A stretch of DNA of 64,000 bases, taken from positions 61,034 through 125,033 of the forward strand of contig JAVBWO010000024.1 in assembly GCA_036677375.1 (NCBI GenBank), read 5' to 3'. This DNA is from Bacillota bacterium (GTDB lineage Bacteria; Bacillota; Dehalobacteriia; UBA4068; UBA4997). Below are positions 50,494-58,800 of the stretch, piece by piece; positions within the stretch are counted from its first letter, which is position 1, and every line of letters begins with the position of its first letter. The notes beneath the pieces are model-generated. The model was not told where the DNA came from. It saw only the letters and a list, made by a program, of their open reading frames with translations, and searched no databases. A program made the position numbers and the translations under genes.

Positions 50494-50710
50494 GGGACAC
50501 CTGCCTCCCGGTCATGGCTGCCGCAACGTCCTTGTAAAAGTAGAGCTTTTTATGTTCATAAGGATTGGTTGCCAACACGCCGCATTGAGCCAATTTTTTT
50601 TGGACGGTTCTTCGGTTTAGCTTGGTAAAGTGCATAACGCTTGCTACTGTAACCAACGCTCCGTACTCTTTTTTAAGGTCCTGCGCAAATTCATATGTAG
50701 TGCTTGCCAT
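50486..50710 (-). CDS. small HTH-like DNA-binding early protein (74 aa)
   Basis: ATG after AAAGGAGG. VASVMHFTKLNRRTVQKKL resembles an excisionase/MerR-type HTH. Confidence 0.4.
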   Translation of the reverse strand: MASTTYEFAQDLKKEYGALVTVASVMHFTKLNRRTVQKKLAQCGVLATNPYEHKKLYFYKDVAAAMTGRQVSHV

Positions 50711-50729
50711 CCCGAAACCTCCTTTCTGC

Positions 50730-50758
50730 TTGTCCTCCCGCTGTCTAAGTGGTAAAAT
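50730..50758 (+). promoter_or_regulatory. candidate sigma-A promoter for the plus-strand Cys-rich gene
   Basis: TTGTCC, a 17-nt spacer, then TAAAAT. This is followed by the RBS GGGAGGTG and GTG 50781. Confidence 0.4.
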
Positions 50759-50780
50759 TTAGGAGAAGGGAGGTGATAAC

Positions 50781-50993
50781 GTGAAACAATGTCCTTTATC
50801 CAATTTTTCAGTTTCATGTCTAGAATCTGAGTGCGCAATATTCAATCTCGAAAGTCAAAAATGTGCTTTTTTAGACTTAGCAATCAATTCAGAATCTATA
50901 TCTAACCATTTAAACCTTATCAACAAGAGTTCTACATCACTTATGGCAATTGAAAGAGCTGTTGACTTAATTTCTTCTAAAAATAAATTTTAA
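50781..50993 (+). CDS. 70-aa Cys-rich protein encoded antisense to the early operon
   Basis: Strong RBS. Cys at positions 4, 13, 18 and 28. The stop abuts the stop of the convergent 49-aa gene. Confidence 0.45.
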   Translation: MKQCPLSNFSVSCLESECAIFNLESQKCAFLDLAINSESISNHLNLINKSSTSLMAIERAVDLISSKNKF

Positions 50994-51143
50994 CTAAATT
51001 ATTGTTTTGACTAAATCAATCATGGCTTCCGTCATCCTGTACAAATCGCTTGCATCCGTTTCTGATTTAGAACGCTCTGAAAGCAGCTGCAACTGTTTAA
51101 GGAGCGTTTCTTTTGTAATGTCTCTAATCTCCTGATCTGTCAT
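50994..51143 (-). CDS. 49-aa early protein (MTDQEIRDITKETLLKQLQLLSERSK...)
   Basis: ATG after GGAAGGAGG, directly downstream of cro. Confidence 0.4.
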   Translation of the reverse strand: MTDQEIRDITKETLLKQLQLLSERSKSETDASDLYRMTEAMIDLVKTII

Positions 51144-51158
51144 GTTTTTTCCTCCTTC

Positions 51159-51362
51159 CTATGCGGTTTTGTCTTGCGGTAAAAATGTGTCAAGCGGTAC
51201 ATTTAAAGCGTTGCAAAGGAGAAAATATTCTATTGCTTTTGCAGGGCTTCTTTCGTTTAAAATATCGTTTAAACGAGTTCGAGGAATGCCCGTTTTGTCG
51301 GACAAAAAACCCTGTTTTATTCCATTTTCTTCTAGATAATTTTTAATGTTTCTGCCTAACAT
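51159..51362 (-). CDS. Cro-like XRE-family HTH regulator
   Basis: LGRNIKNYLEENGIKQGFLSDKTGIPRTRLNDIL HTH pattern. ATG 51362 follows AGGAGGGGGG. Divergent from the cI-like gene. Confidence 0.8.
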   Translation of the reverse strand: MLGRNIKNYLEENGIKQGFLSDKTGIPRTRLNDILNERSPAKAIEYFLLCNALNVPLDTFLPQDKTA

Positions 51363-51384
51363 TATCCCCCCTCCTTTCCTAATA

Positions 51385-51397
51385 TCGGAATTTCCGA
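51385..51397. promoter_or_regulatory. operator O1, perfect 13-bp palindrome TCGGAATTTCCGA
   Basis: Lies between the leftward -10 element and the cro RBS. Confidence 0.6.
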
Positions 51398-51408
51398 ACC
51401 CTAACCAT

Positions 51409-51437
51409 ATATTACATCGTATATTGCGATGTGTCAA
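51409..51437 (-). promoter_or_regulatory. leftward early promoter (cro side)
   Basis: On the minus strand: TTGACA, a 17-nt spacer, then TAATAT. Confidence 0.6.
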
Positions 51438-51446
51438 GTAATAAAA

Positions 51447-51459
51447 TCGGAATTTACGA
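51447..51459. promoter_or_regulatory. operator O2, TCGGAATTTACGA (one mismatch)
   Basis: Lies between the two divergent -35 elements. Confidence 0.55.
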
Positions 51460-51468
51460 ATATTTTAA

Positions 51469-51497
51469 TTGACAATCGGAAATAATTGCAGTAATAT
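51469..51497 (+). promoter_or_regulatory. rightward promoter (cI side)
   Basis: TTGACA, a 17-nt spacer, then TAATAT. Confidence 0.6.
51476..51488. promoter_or_regulatory. operator O3 half-site, TCGGAAATAATTG
   Basis: Shares the TCGGAA half-site with O1 and O2 and sits in the spacer of the cI-side promoter. Confidence 0.4.
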
Positions 51498-51519
51498 GCA
51501 TATAGGGGAGGTTTGGATT

Positions 51520-52266
51520 ATGAACAATATAAAAAACAATATAGCTAACAACATTAGACGTTTTCGGAAGCAATCAAGTATAAGCCAGAAAGAATTTGGT
51601 AAAAGCCTTGGCGTTGCTCCTAATACTGTTTCTGAGTGGGAGAGTGGGAAATATACCCCCGATGCTGATACATTAGTTAAAATTTGCGATTTATTAGGCA
51701 CTACTTTAACAGATATATATGGATGTGATACTGGTATTCAAGCCACGCAAAACAAAATGGTTAATGGTTTTGAGTATGAAATCATAAAAAAATACCGAGA
51801 GCTTGGTGCCCACGGCAAATTAATTGTTAATTTTATTTTACAGAAAGAATACGATCTTTGCATGGAGCAAGATTGCTACGAAGAAGAAGCGGAAGTCTTT
51901 TACCTTCCATTGCCTTACCTTCCTGTGTCGGCCGGGACTGGTGTGTATCTGGACAGTGACGGCAGCGACATTCTCAGAGTGCCGGCCACTGCTAAAAATA
52001 AGAAGGCTAATTTTGCCCTGCGTGTCGCGGGTGACAGCATGGAGCCAGAATATCACAATAACGATATTTTGTTGGTTCGTAGTCAGCCGGTATTACAGCC
52101 GGGGGAGTTAGGAATTTTTCTTCTTAACGGGGAGGGATATTTTAAAAAGCTAAGTAAAGGTAAACTTGTTTCACTCAATCCAGCTTATCCAGACATTGTT
52201 ATCAAAGACGATGATGATATCCGTTGTATGGGAAAGGTAATTGGCAGCCTGCCGCCAGAAGAATAA
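51520..52266 (+). CDS. cI-like repressor (XRE HTH plus S24 LexA-like peptidase domain)
   Basis: HTH region SQKEFGKSLGVAPNTVSEWESG and a C-terminal VAGDSMEP ... GYFKKL Ser/Lys dyad context. ATG 51520 follows GGGGAGG. Confidence 0.85.
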   Translation: MNNIKNNIANNIRRFRKQSSISQKEFGKSLGVAPNTVSEWESGKYTPDADTLVKICDLLGTTLTDIYGCDTGIQATQNKMVNGFEYEIIKKYRELGAHGKLIVNFILQKEYDLCMEQDCYEEEAEVFYLPLPYLPVSAGTGVYLDSDGSDILRVPATAKNKKANFALRVAGDSMEPEYHNNDILLVRSQPVLQPGELGIFLLNGEGYFKKLSKGKLVSLNPAYPDIVIKDDDDIRCMGKVIGSLPPEE

Positions 52267-52301
52267 AATATTTTTTTGCAAAAAAAGAAAGGGGAATAAA
52301 A

Positions 52302-53366
52302 ATGGATTTCATTGACATTATAAAAAGTTTTTCCGAAAGAGCCAAAAGTATTAAAGACAATATTTTGACCGAAGAAGCCACCAAAACATCTTTAATTATG
52401 CCGTTTTTTCAACAAGTTTTAGGCTATGATGTATTTGATCATAATGAATTTTGCCCAGAGTATACTGCCGATGTAGGAATCAAAAAAGGTGAAAAAGTAG
52501 ACTTTGCTATTATGAATAATGGTGAGCCAGTTATTTTAATTGAAGCAAAATGGTGTGGAGAAAATCTAGACAAGCATGGTTCGCAACTTTTTCGCTATTT
52601 TGGAACCACAAAAGCAAAATTCGGGATTTTAACCAATGGACTAGTTTATAATTTTTATACAGATCTAGACGAATCAAATAAAATGGATTTAAAACCTTTT
52701 CTAGAAGTTGACTTGCTAAATTTAAAAGAAACCTACATTTCTGAATTAAAAAAATTTCATAAAAGCGTTTTTAATATAGAAGAAATATTTAGTAGCGCAT
52801 CAGAGTTAAAATACTCTAACGAAATAAAATCTTTCTTTTCCGCTGAACTAAAGGCGCCTTCCGTTGATTTTGTGCGGTTTGTGGCAGGCAAGATATATGA
52901 TGGGCGCATTACACAGGCAGTTATTGATCGCTTTACCCCTATTATAAAAACATCATTAAACAGCTATATTAGCGAACTGATGAACGAAAAAATTACTGCT
53001 GCCCTTAAAGGTGAAGATACAGCTGCAAAAGTACAGACGCAAGAAGAAAATCAAGTTGAATCTGTCCCGGAATCTCACATTGTTACTACCAATGACGAGA
53101 TAGAGGCGTATTATGCTATACGTTATATGCTACACGAAATAGCGCCAAGTAATAAAATAACGTATAAAGATACGGAGCGTTATTTTGGCATTCTTTATGA
53201 AAATAATGTTCGTAAATGGATTTGTCGGTTGCGGCTAGACGGTTCTAAAAAATTTTTCATTCTTCCAGACGAAAACAAAAACGAAGTTCGCTACGAAATA
53301 GCTTCTGTTGATGATGTTTTTACATACCAAAACCAAATTATTGAGGTTGTAAAGAGGTTTGTGTAA
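52302..53366 (+). CDS. HsdR_N-like PD-(D/E)xK nuclease-fold protein with an unknown roughly 200-aa C-terminal region
   Basis: EEATKTSLIMPFFQ.LGYD ... KVDFAIMNNGEPVILIEAKW (D..ExK) matches the type I restriction R-subunit N-terminal domain pattern. ATG 52302 follows GAAAGGGG. Confidence 0.6.
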   Translation: MDFIDIIKSFSERAKSIKDNILTEEATKTSLIMPFFQQVLGYDVFDHNEFCPEYTADVGIKKGEKVDFAIMNNGEPVILIEAKWCGENLDKHGSQLFRYFGTTKAKFGILTNGLVYNFYTDLDESNKMDLKPFLEVDLLNLKETYISELKKFHKSVFNIEEIFSSASELKYSNEIKSFFSAELKAPSVDFVRFVAGKIYDGRITQAVIDRFTPIIKTSLNSYISELMNEKITAALKGEDTAAKVQTQEENQVESVPESHIVTTNDEIEAYYAIRYMLHEIAPSNKITYKDTERYFGILYENNVRKWICRLRLDGSKKFFILPDENKNEVRYEIASVDDVFTYQNQIIEVVKRFV

Positions 53367-53430
53367 TTTTTTAAAACAACAAAAAGCCCCTCCGGCGCAA
53401 TGTCGAAGGGGCTTAATTGGAGGTGATAGC

Positions 53431-54570
53431 GTGGGCAAATATATCGCAAAGTCATTTTTCGTTGACATGCCGGATGGGACTAAAAAAGAAATTAAGTCTA
53501 GGGGAAAAACAGACGAAGAAGTGCAGCGGAAGTATGACCGTAAAAAATGGGAATACGAGATGGGATTGCTAACCTTCAATAAAAACACACTCTTTGTTAA
53601 ATGGGTAGAGGAATGGCTTGAAACTTATAAGAAACCAAAGGTTAGATCCAAACATTACAATGATACCAAGAATATGCTAGACAGGGTTTTTGTACCGATA
53701 ATCGGCACCCTCAAAATGGCAGACATTAAGCCGGTACACTTGCAAAATGCCATTAATGAACTAGAAGGGAAAAGTGCTTCTTATATTGCTAAAGCAATGT
53801 CTACTATAAAAAGTATTATGGATAAGGCCGTAATCAATGAGATTATTTCAAAGAACCCGGCTCTAAAACTAGAGCCGCCAATCGGAACCAAAAATTCCCG
53901 ACGCGCCCTTACCCAAGAAGAGCAGGATGTTTTTATACAAACTTTTACAAAGCATAAGTATGGGCCGTTGTTTGGGATAACCCTTGCCTGCGGGTTGCGA
54001 CCTGGCGAAGCACGAGCCATGCTATGGTTTAATGTGGACAAAAAAAATCACAAAATAACAGTAACACAAGCAGTAGAAGCCGGGACTAAAAACATTAAAG
54101 AGCCGAAAACCAAGGCCGGTAAAAGAGTAATTCCTATTCCAGATTGGTATGTGCCAATACTGGACAACCTTCCTAAGACAGATAGCCCCCTGCTCTTTCC
54201 TAATGAAAGTGGTGAGATATTATCAGATCAGAATTACAAAAGGGCATGGAAATCTTTTTATCGTTTAGTAGATATTGAAGCTGGTGCAAAAGTAAAACAA
54301 AATCAAGTTATCATTCATGCCATACCACAAGATATAACACCTTACTACCTCCGGCACACTTATGCTACCAAGCTTGCCGAATTAGGGGTTGATATTAAAA
54401 CCGCTCAATACCTTTTAGGGCATACCGATATAAAAATGACGGCAAATATTTACACTCATGTTAGTAATAAAATGTTTGACGAGGCAAAAGAAAAACTGCA
54501 CGAATGGACACAAGCTGGACAAGCCACAGATAACGACCAGGCAGATGCCATAATAACTGCTGATTCGTAA
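53431..54570 (+). CDS. int: tyrosine-type site-specific integrase
   Basis: SAM-like N-terminal domain, then the catalytic R (GLRPGEARA), LRHTYAT, LLGH and Y (ANIYTHV). GTG 53431 follows GGAGGTG. The stop codon lies inside the attR core. Confidence 0.9.
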   Translation: MGKYIAKSFFVDMPDGTKKEIKSRGKTDEEVQRKYDRKKWEYEMGLLTFNKNTLFVKWVEEWLETYKKPKVRSKHYNDTKNMLDRVFVPIIGTLKMADIKPVHLQNAINELEGKSASYIAKAMSTIKSIMDKAVINEIISKNPALKLEPPIGTKNSRRALTQEEQDVFIQTFTKHKYGPLFGITLACGLRPGEARAMLWFNVDKKNHKITVTQAVEAGTKNIKEPKTKAGKRVIPIPDWYVPILDNLPKTDSPLLFPNESGEILSDQNYKRAWKSFYRLVDIEAGAKVKQNQVIIHAIPQDITPYYLRHTYATKLAELGVDIKTAQYLLGHTDIKMTANIYTHVSNKMFDEAKEKLHEWTQAGQATDNDQADAIITADS

Positions 54571-54608
54571 TCAGCAGGTCGGGGGTTCGAGTCCCCCCTA
54601 CAGCTCCA
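54559..54608 (+). repeat. attR core (duplicate 3' half of tRNA-Thr)
   Basis: Identical to 42477-42526. Confidence 0.9.
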
Positions 54609-54612
54609 CTAT

Positions 54613-54650
54613 AAAAGACCTTAGGACCGCGCTGGTTCTAAGGTCTTTTT
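54613..54650 (+). terminator. original tRNA-Thr terminator, now displaced behind attR
   Basis: aaaagaccttag ... ctaaggtcttttt hairpin plus T-run. Confidence 0.65.
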
Positions 54651-54773
54651 GTTTAAATTGATTTATCTGTGTTGTTATTGTGTAACTTTTAAATTTTGCT
54701 AAATTTTTCCATTATGCTTTCGAAATATAGGGTAACACTTATTAAAAACAATTATGATTCGGAGGTGTTCAAA

Positions 54774-55121
54774 ATGACGGCCATATCATCGGTATCCCCC
54801 ACTTCTTCTAATTCTGCCACATCCGCTCTATCAAACAAAACATCGGATTATGAGGATGCCATCGAAAAACTGGAAAAGCAAATCAAGAATCTGCAAGCTC
54901 AAATTACTACAATCAACCAAGGCGACGGTGATGCGGAAACCAAACAACAAAAAGTTGAGCTGCTTCAAACACAGATTCAACAATTGGAAGCAGAGATTCA
55001 AAGAATCAAAAATGAGCAAAGCAAATCTGATAGAGAGCAGCAAAATCAAAGCACAGAAAATAGCATGGCAAATACTACCCTGCAGAGCTTTTCTGCCAAT
55101 ATGCTGGATGTTTTTGCTTAA
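54774..55121 (+). CDS. FlxA-like Gln-rich coiled-coil protein
   Basis: IEKLEKQIKNLQAQI ... QIQQLEAEIQRIK pattern. ATG 54774 follows GGAGGTG. Confidence 0.45.
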   Translation: MTAISSVSPTSSNSATSALSNKTSDYEDAIEKLEKQIKNLQAQITTINQGDGDAETKQQKVELLQTQIQQLEAEIQRIKNEQSKSDREQQNQSTENSMANTTLQSFSANMLDVFA

Positions 55122-55475
55122 ACGCATGATGCTCCGGTTCGCTGTTCAATCCTGGTACATTGTTTTTTCTTAATCTCAGAATGAAATGAAAGGATATGAA
55201 CCCTCGGGGTTTTTATTCTTTCATTTTCTTTATATTATCTTATATCTATTTTCTTTATAGGCTATTCTATTCATGTATACGTTGGATTTTTTGTTTCTTC
55301 ATTGCCCTGGATAAACCCTTAGGTAACAATCCTGCACAAACTTTGATTGAATAATACTGTATTTTTCCTTTTAAAACTTTACTTTTAAAATTTCGTATGT
55401 TAAGATGAATCACGAAAGGGCAAAATCTTATTGCAATCACTCTATCCGGAACAATTTAATAAAGATTATTTTTTT

Positions 55476-55511
55476 AGAATAAATTATTCTTGTTTGAGAA
55501 TAATTTATCTC
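55476..55511. promoter_or_regulatory. two AT-rich near-palindromes (AGAATAAATTATTCT and GAGAATAATTTATCTC)
   Basis: Read directly in the 614-bp spacer upstream of the aldehyde dehydrogenase gene. Candidate operator sites only. Confidence 0.25.
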
Positions 55512-55734
55512 GTTGAAATTTTTTGAATTCAAATTTAAATTCAGGCAAGGTCATACCGGATCTGCGCGCAAAAGACCGAAAGAAACCCAAAATCACCTAA
55601 AACCCTCCCCAAGGATACGAGAAAGGATGATAAAAAAATTAAAAATGCAGGATATTTGTATATTCTAAAACAGAACAGTTAGTATTTTTTTGCTCTTTAA
55701 CTATAATTATTGACATATCAGGAGGATTGATCAA

Positions 55735-57228
55735 ATGCTGACCAAAGAACAATATCACAAAATCGCCCAGTCCATGCAATACAATACAAAAGCCCTGATT
55801 AACGGGAGATTGGTGAATTCGCTTTCAGGAAAGACTTTTAAAACCGAAAATCCGGCAACCGGCGAAATCTTGACCGAGATTACCTGCTGCGATGGCAGAG
55901 ATGTGGAAATCGCCGTTCAAGCCGCCCGCAAAGCCTTTCAAGACGGCCGCTGGTCCGGACTGAAACCGTATGAACGGAAAGCCATTCTTTTAAAATTTGC
56001 CGATTTGATCCTACAGCATCAAGAAGAGCTCGCCGTCTTGGAATCCCTGGACAGCGGCAAACCGATCTTTGATACAATACAAGGAGATGTTCCCGAAACC
56101 GCCAACTGTTTTGCCTGGCACGCCGAAGCCATCGACAAACTGGAAGACCAGCTTACCGCCACGGGTCCGGATAACATCAGTATGGTCATACGCCAGCCCA
56201 TCGGCGTTGTGGGAACCATTCTGCCCTGGAATTACCCGATGATGATGGCAGGATGGAAGCTGGCTCCCATCCTTGCCTCGGGTAACTGCGCCGTTGCCAA
56301 ACCCTCCAAGCTGACTTCTCTCACCTTGCTTAGAATGGGCGAGCTTGCCCTGGAAGCAGGAATCCCGGAAGGTGTCTTGAACGTGGTGCCAGGAGGCGGC
56401 GCTACCGTAGGCAATGCCATCTCTCTGCACCGTGACGTTGATATGATCACCTTTACCGGTTCCACTGCCATAGGCCGCACCTTGCTGGAGGACTCCGGCA
56501 AAACCAACTTAAAACGGGTCTTATTGGAATTAGGCGGCAAAAATCCCTGCATCGTCATGCCGGACATCACCGATATGGATGATGCGGCGGAACAAATTGT
56601 CGCCGCCGCTTTGTGGAACATGGGAGAAAACTGCACCGCCAATTCCAGGATACTGGTACATAAGGATATCAAAGACAAATTGCTTGCCAAACTCATCGAA
56701 AAAACCAAGACCTGGAAAGTCGGCGACCCGCTCGACCCTCAACACCGGTTGGGCGCCCTCATTGAAAAACCCCATATGGAAAAGGTGCTTGAATATATCG
56801 AAAAAGGCAAAGCGGAAGGCGCGGATCTGGTATTCGGCGGCAAACGCGTCTTAGAAGAAACGGACGGCTATTTCATTGAACCCGCCATCTTTGATAATGT
56901 CACGCAAAATATGATCATCGCCAGAGAAGAAATCTTCGGACCCGTTTTCGGTATTTTGACTTTCAGCACCGTAGAAGAAGCCATTGCCATGGCCAACGAT
57001 ACCGAATACGGCCTGCACGCCTCGGTATGGACCGAAAATGTTAATCTGGCCCATCGAATCGCCCGCTCCATCAACGCGGGTACTATCGCCGTGAACACTT
57101 ATTGTGAAGGTGATATCGGAACCCCCTTCGGCGGTTTCAAGCAATCCGGTTTCTTTGGACGCGACAAATCCCTTTGGGCCAACCGCCAATATACGGAGCT
57201 GAAAACCATTTGGATGCAGTTGAAATAA
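55735..57228 (+). CDS. NAD(P)-dependent aldehyde dehydrogenase
   Basis: ELGGKNP with the catalytic Glu, the catalytic Cys context NMGENCTA and EEIFGPV. Confidence 0.9.
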   Translation: MLTKEQYHKIAQSMQYNTKALINGRLVNSLSGKTFKTENPATGEILTEITCCDGRDVEIAVQAARKAFQDGRWSGLKPYERKAILLKFADLILQHQEELAVLESLDSGKPIFDTIQGDVPETANCFAWHAEAIDKLEDQLTATGPDNISMVIRQPIGVVGTILPWNYPMMMAGWKLAPILASGNCAVAKPSKLTSLTLLRMGELALEAGIPEGVLNVVPGGGATVGNAISLHRDVDMITFTGSTAIGRTLLEDSGKTNLKRVLLELGGKNPCIVMPDITDMDDAAEQIVAAALWNMGENCTANSRILVHKDIKDKLLAKLIEKTKTWKVGDPLDPQHRLGALIEKPHMEKVLEYIEKGKAEGADLVFGGKRVLEETDGYFIEPAIFDNVTQNMIIAREEIFGPVFGILTFSTVEEAIAMANDTEYGLHASVWTENVNLAHRIARSINAGTIAVNTYCEGDIGTPFGGFKQSGFFGRDKSLWANRQYTELKTIWMQLK

Positions 57229-57327
57229 GTCTGCCGGCTCATTTCTTTTACTTCTTATGCAATTTATTCAATCGCAATTCCCTACCATTTGTATATCTTT
57301 ACCCTATGGTCGTTCTCTGGCCACATC

Positions 57328-57358
57328 AAAAAACCCGGTCATGCGGACCGGGTTTTTT
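57328..57358. terminator. bidirectional terminator between convergent genes
   Basis: aaaaaacccggtc atgc ggaccgggtttttt. Confidence 0.7.
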
Positions 57359-57372
57359 GATTGCTGCGGCTG

Positions 57373-58701
57373 TTAATCCCAGCCGGGGAAAGGATAACTA
57401 GGTTCATGATTCTGATATTCCTTGGGCCAGACGCAGTACCAGTCGGAACCGCTGCTGTCCGCGTTGGTGATATCATCCGGGATATATTGGCCGACACCCC
57501 AACTGAAGTCGGCGGCATTGCCGCCTGTATCGTTCATCTTATAGGCATAGCCAGCCAGATTAAAGGTATTCTCCGTTAAGGTTTTGATTAGATCGGCTTT
57601 TTCAATGGAACCGGCGGTATTGGCGGCTTTAGCGGCCAGCTCTACTGCCATGAAGCCGCAGATGAGGTCATTGCCGGGAATGTTGTTGTATTTTTCTTTA
57701 ACATAGGCCGCCAGATAATCTTTGGTTTCGGATTGGTATTTTTCTTTATAAACAGCATAGCCAAAGAAGCCTTTTTTGGCAACGGAAGGATCAAGGCCGC
57801 CCACTTGGGGATTCACCCAGGAAATAGGATCCCAGCTCATGCCTTCAATGATCATATAAGGCGCGCTGTAATTCATCTCTTTGCATTTTTCAATGAAGCG
57901 GACGCTGTCTTCAAAATAGTGGGGCTGGAAGATGATATCGGGCTGCAGCTCTTTTAATTTGGCCACGATAGGCGTCCAGTCCGCCTGCATGGGCTCAAAG
58001 AACTCGTCATAAACGATCTCAAAGCCATTCTCTTCCAGGTAAGGAACGACCGAGTTGGCGATCTCATGACCGTAGGAGATCTCCAGGTTCAAAATGGCAA
58101 CGGTTTTCGGTTTAGGTTCTCCCTTGGTGTTCCATTCGTCAAAGTGGGCGAAGAAATCCATTACGTCATGCCACCACATGCCACCGCGCCATTTATCGTC
58201 CATCTGAATATTGACAATGCTTTGCCCGTAGGAGTCGTTGGCCACATAGCTGTCCGCCGCAATGCAGAACATCATTTTGTCATATTTGGCTACAACAGGA
58301 GCCGCCGAAAGGAAAGGCGAGGTATACGGTGATAAGAGAATATCTACTTTATCTTGGGTGATCAGTTTTTCATAGAGCATGGGGATCTTGGTTTCATCAA
58401 ACTCGTCATCATAGTATTTCAGTTCCACAGGATGGCCGTTGATGCCTCCCAATTCTTCATTGACATACTTGACTGCCAGCTGCGCGCCTTCAAAAGCCAT
58501 CTGCCCGGCGTGGGCTACGTCTCCGCTCAAGGTAAAGGTACTGCCGATCACAATGGGTTCTTTGGCGGCCGACTCATCGCCTGTGCTGTCTTCGTCACCG
58601 GCCGTCGGGGTGCTTCCCGAACCGCAGCCCGTGAGAACCAAAGCCAATACGAACATTACCGCCAACAAACATAGGAATCTTTTGCTCCTCAATTGTACCA
58701 T
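57373..58701 (-). CDS. ABC transporter substrate-binding lipoprotein (Liv/Peripla_BP_6 type)
   Basis: Lipobox LVLTGC after the signal peptide, with a LivJ-like fold pattern. Last gene of the ABC operon. Confidence 0.8.
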   Translation of the reverse strand: MVQLRSKRFLCLLAVMFVLALVLTGCGSGSTPTAGDEDSTGDESAAKEPIVIGSTFTLSGDVAHAGQMAFEGAQLAVKYVNEELGGINGHPVELKYYDDEFDETKIPMLYEKLITQDKVDILLSPYTSPFLSAAPVVAKYDKMMFCIAADSYVANDSYGQSIVNIQMDDKWRGGMWWHDVMDFFAHFDEWNTKGEPKPKTVAILNLEISYGHEIANSVVPYLEENGFEIVYDEFFEPMQADWTPIVAKLKELQPDIIFQPHYFEDSVRFIEKCKEMNYSAPYMIIEGMSWDPISWVNPQVGGLDPSVAKKGFFGYAVYKEKYQSETKDYLAAYVKEKYNNIPGNDLICGFMAVELAAKAANTAGSIEKADLIKTLTENTFNLAGYAYKMNDTGGNAADFSWGVGQYIPDDITNADSSGSDWYCVWPKEYQNHEPSYPFPGWD

Positions 58702-58800
58702 GCGTATGCTCCTCCCTTTTTTCCTTTTTCTTTTTTCAGTTTCCTCTTTTCTTTTCCGTGTTTTGGTTTTCTTGTTCTTGCTTCAACTTTCCTTTACTTT

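Larger units (their letters stand above)
42477..54608. mobile_element. 12.1-kb integrated prophage remnant or satellite-like island in tRNA-Thr
   Basis: Bounded by a perfect 50-bp direct repeat equal to the 3' half of tRNA-Thr. Holds an integrase, a cI/cro switch, a RecT module, a few late genes and an amidase. Visibly more AT-rich than the flanks. Confidence 0.85.
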
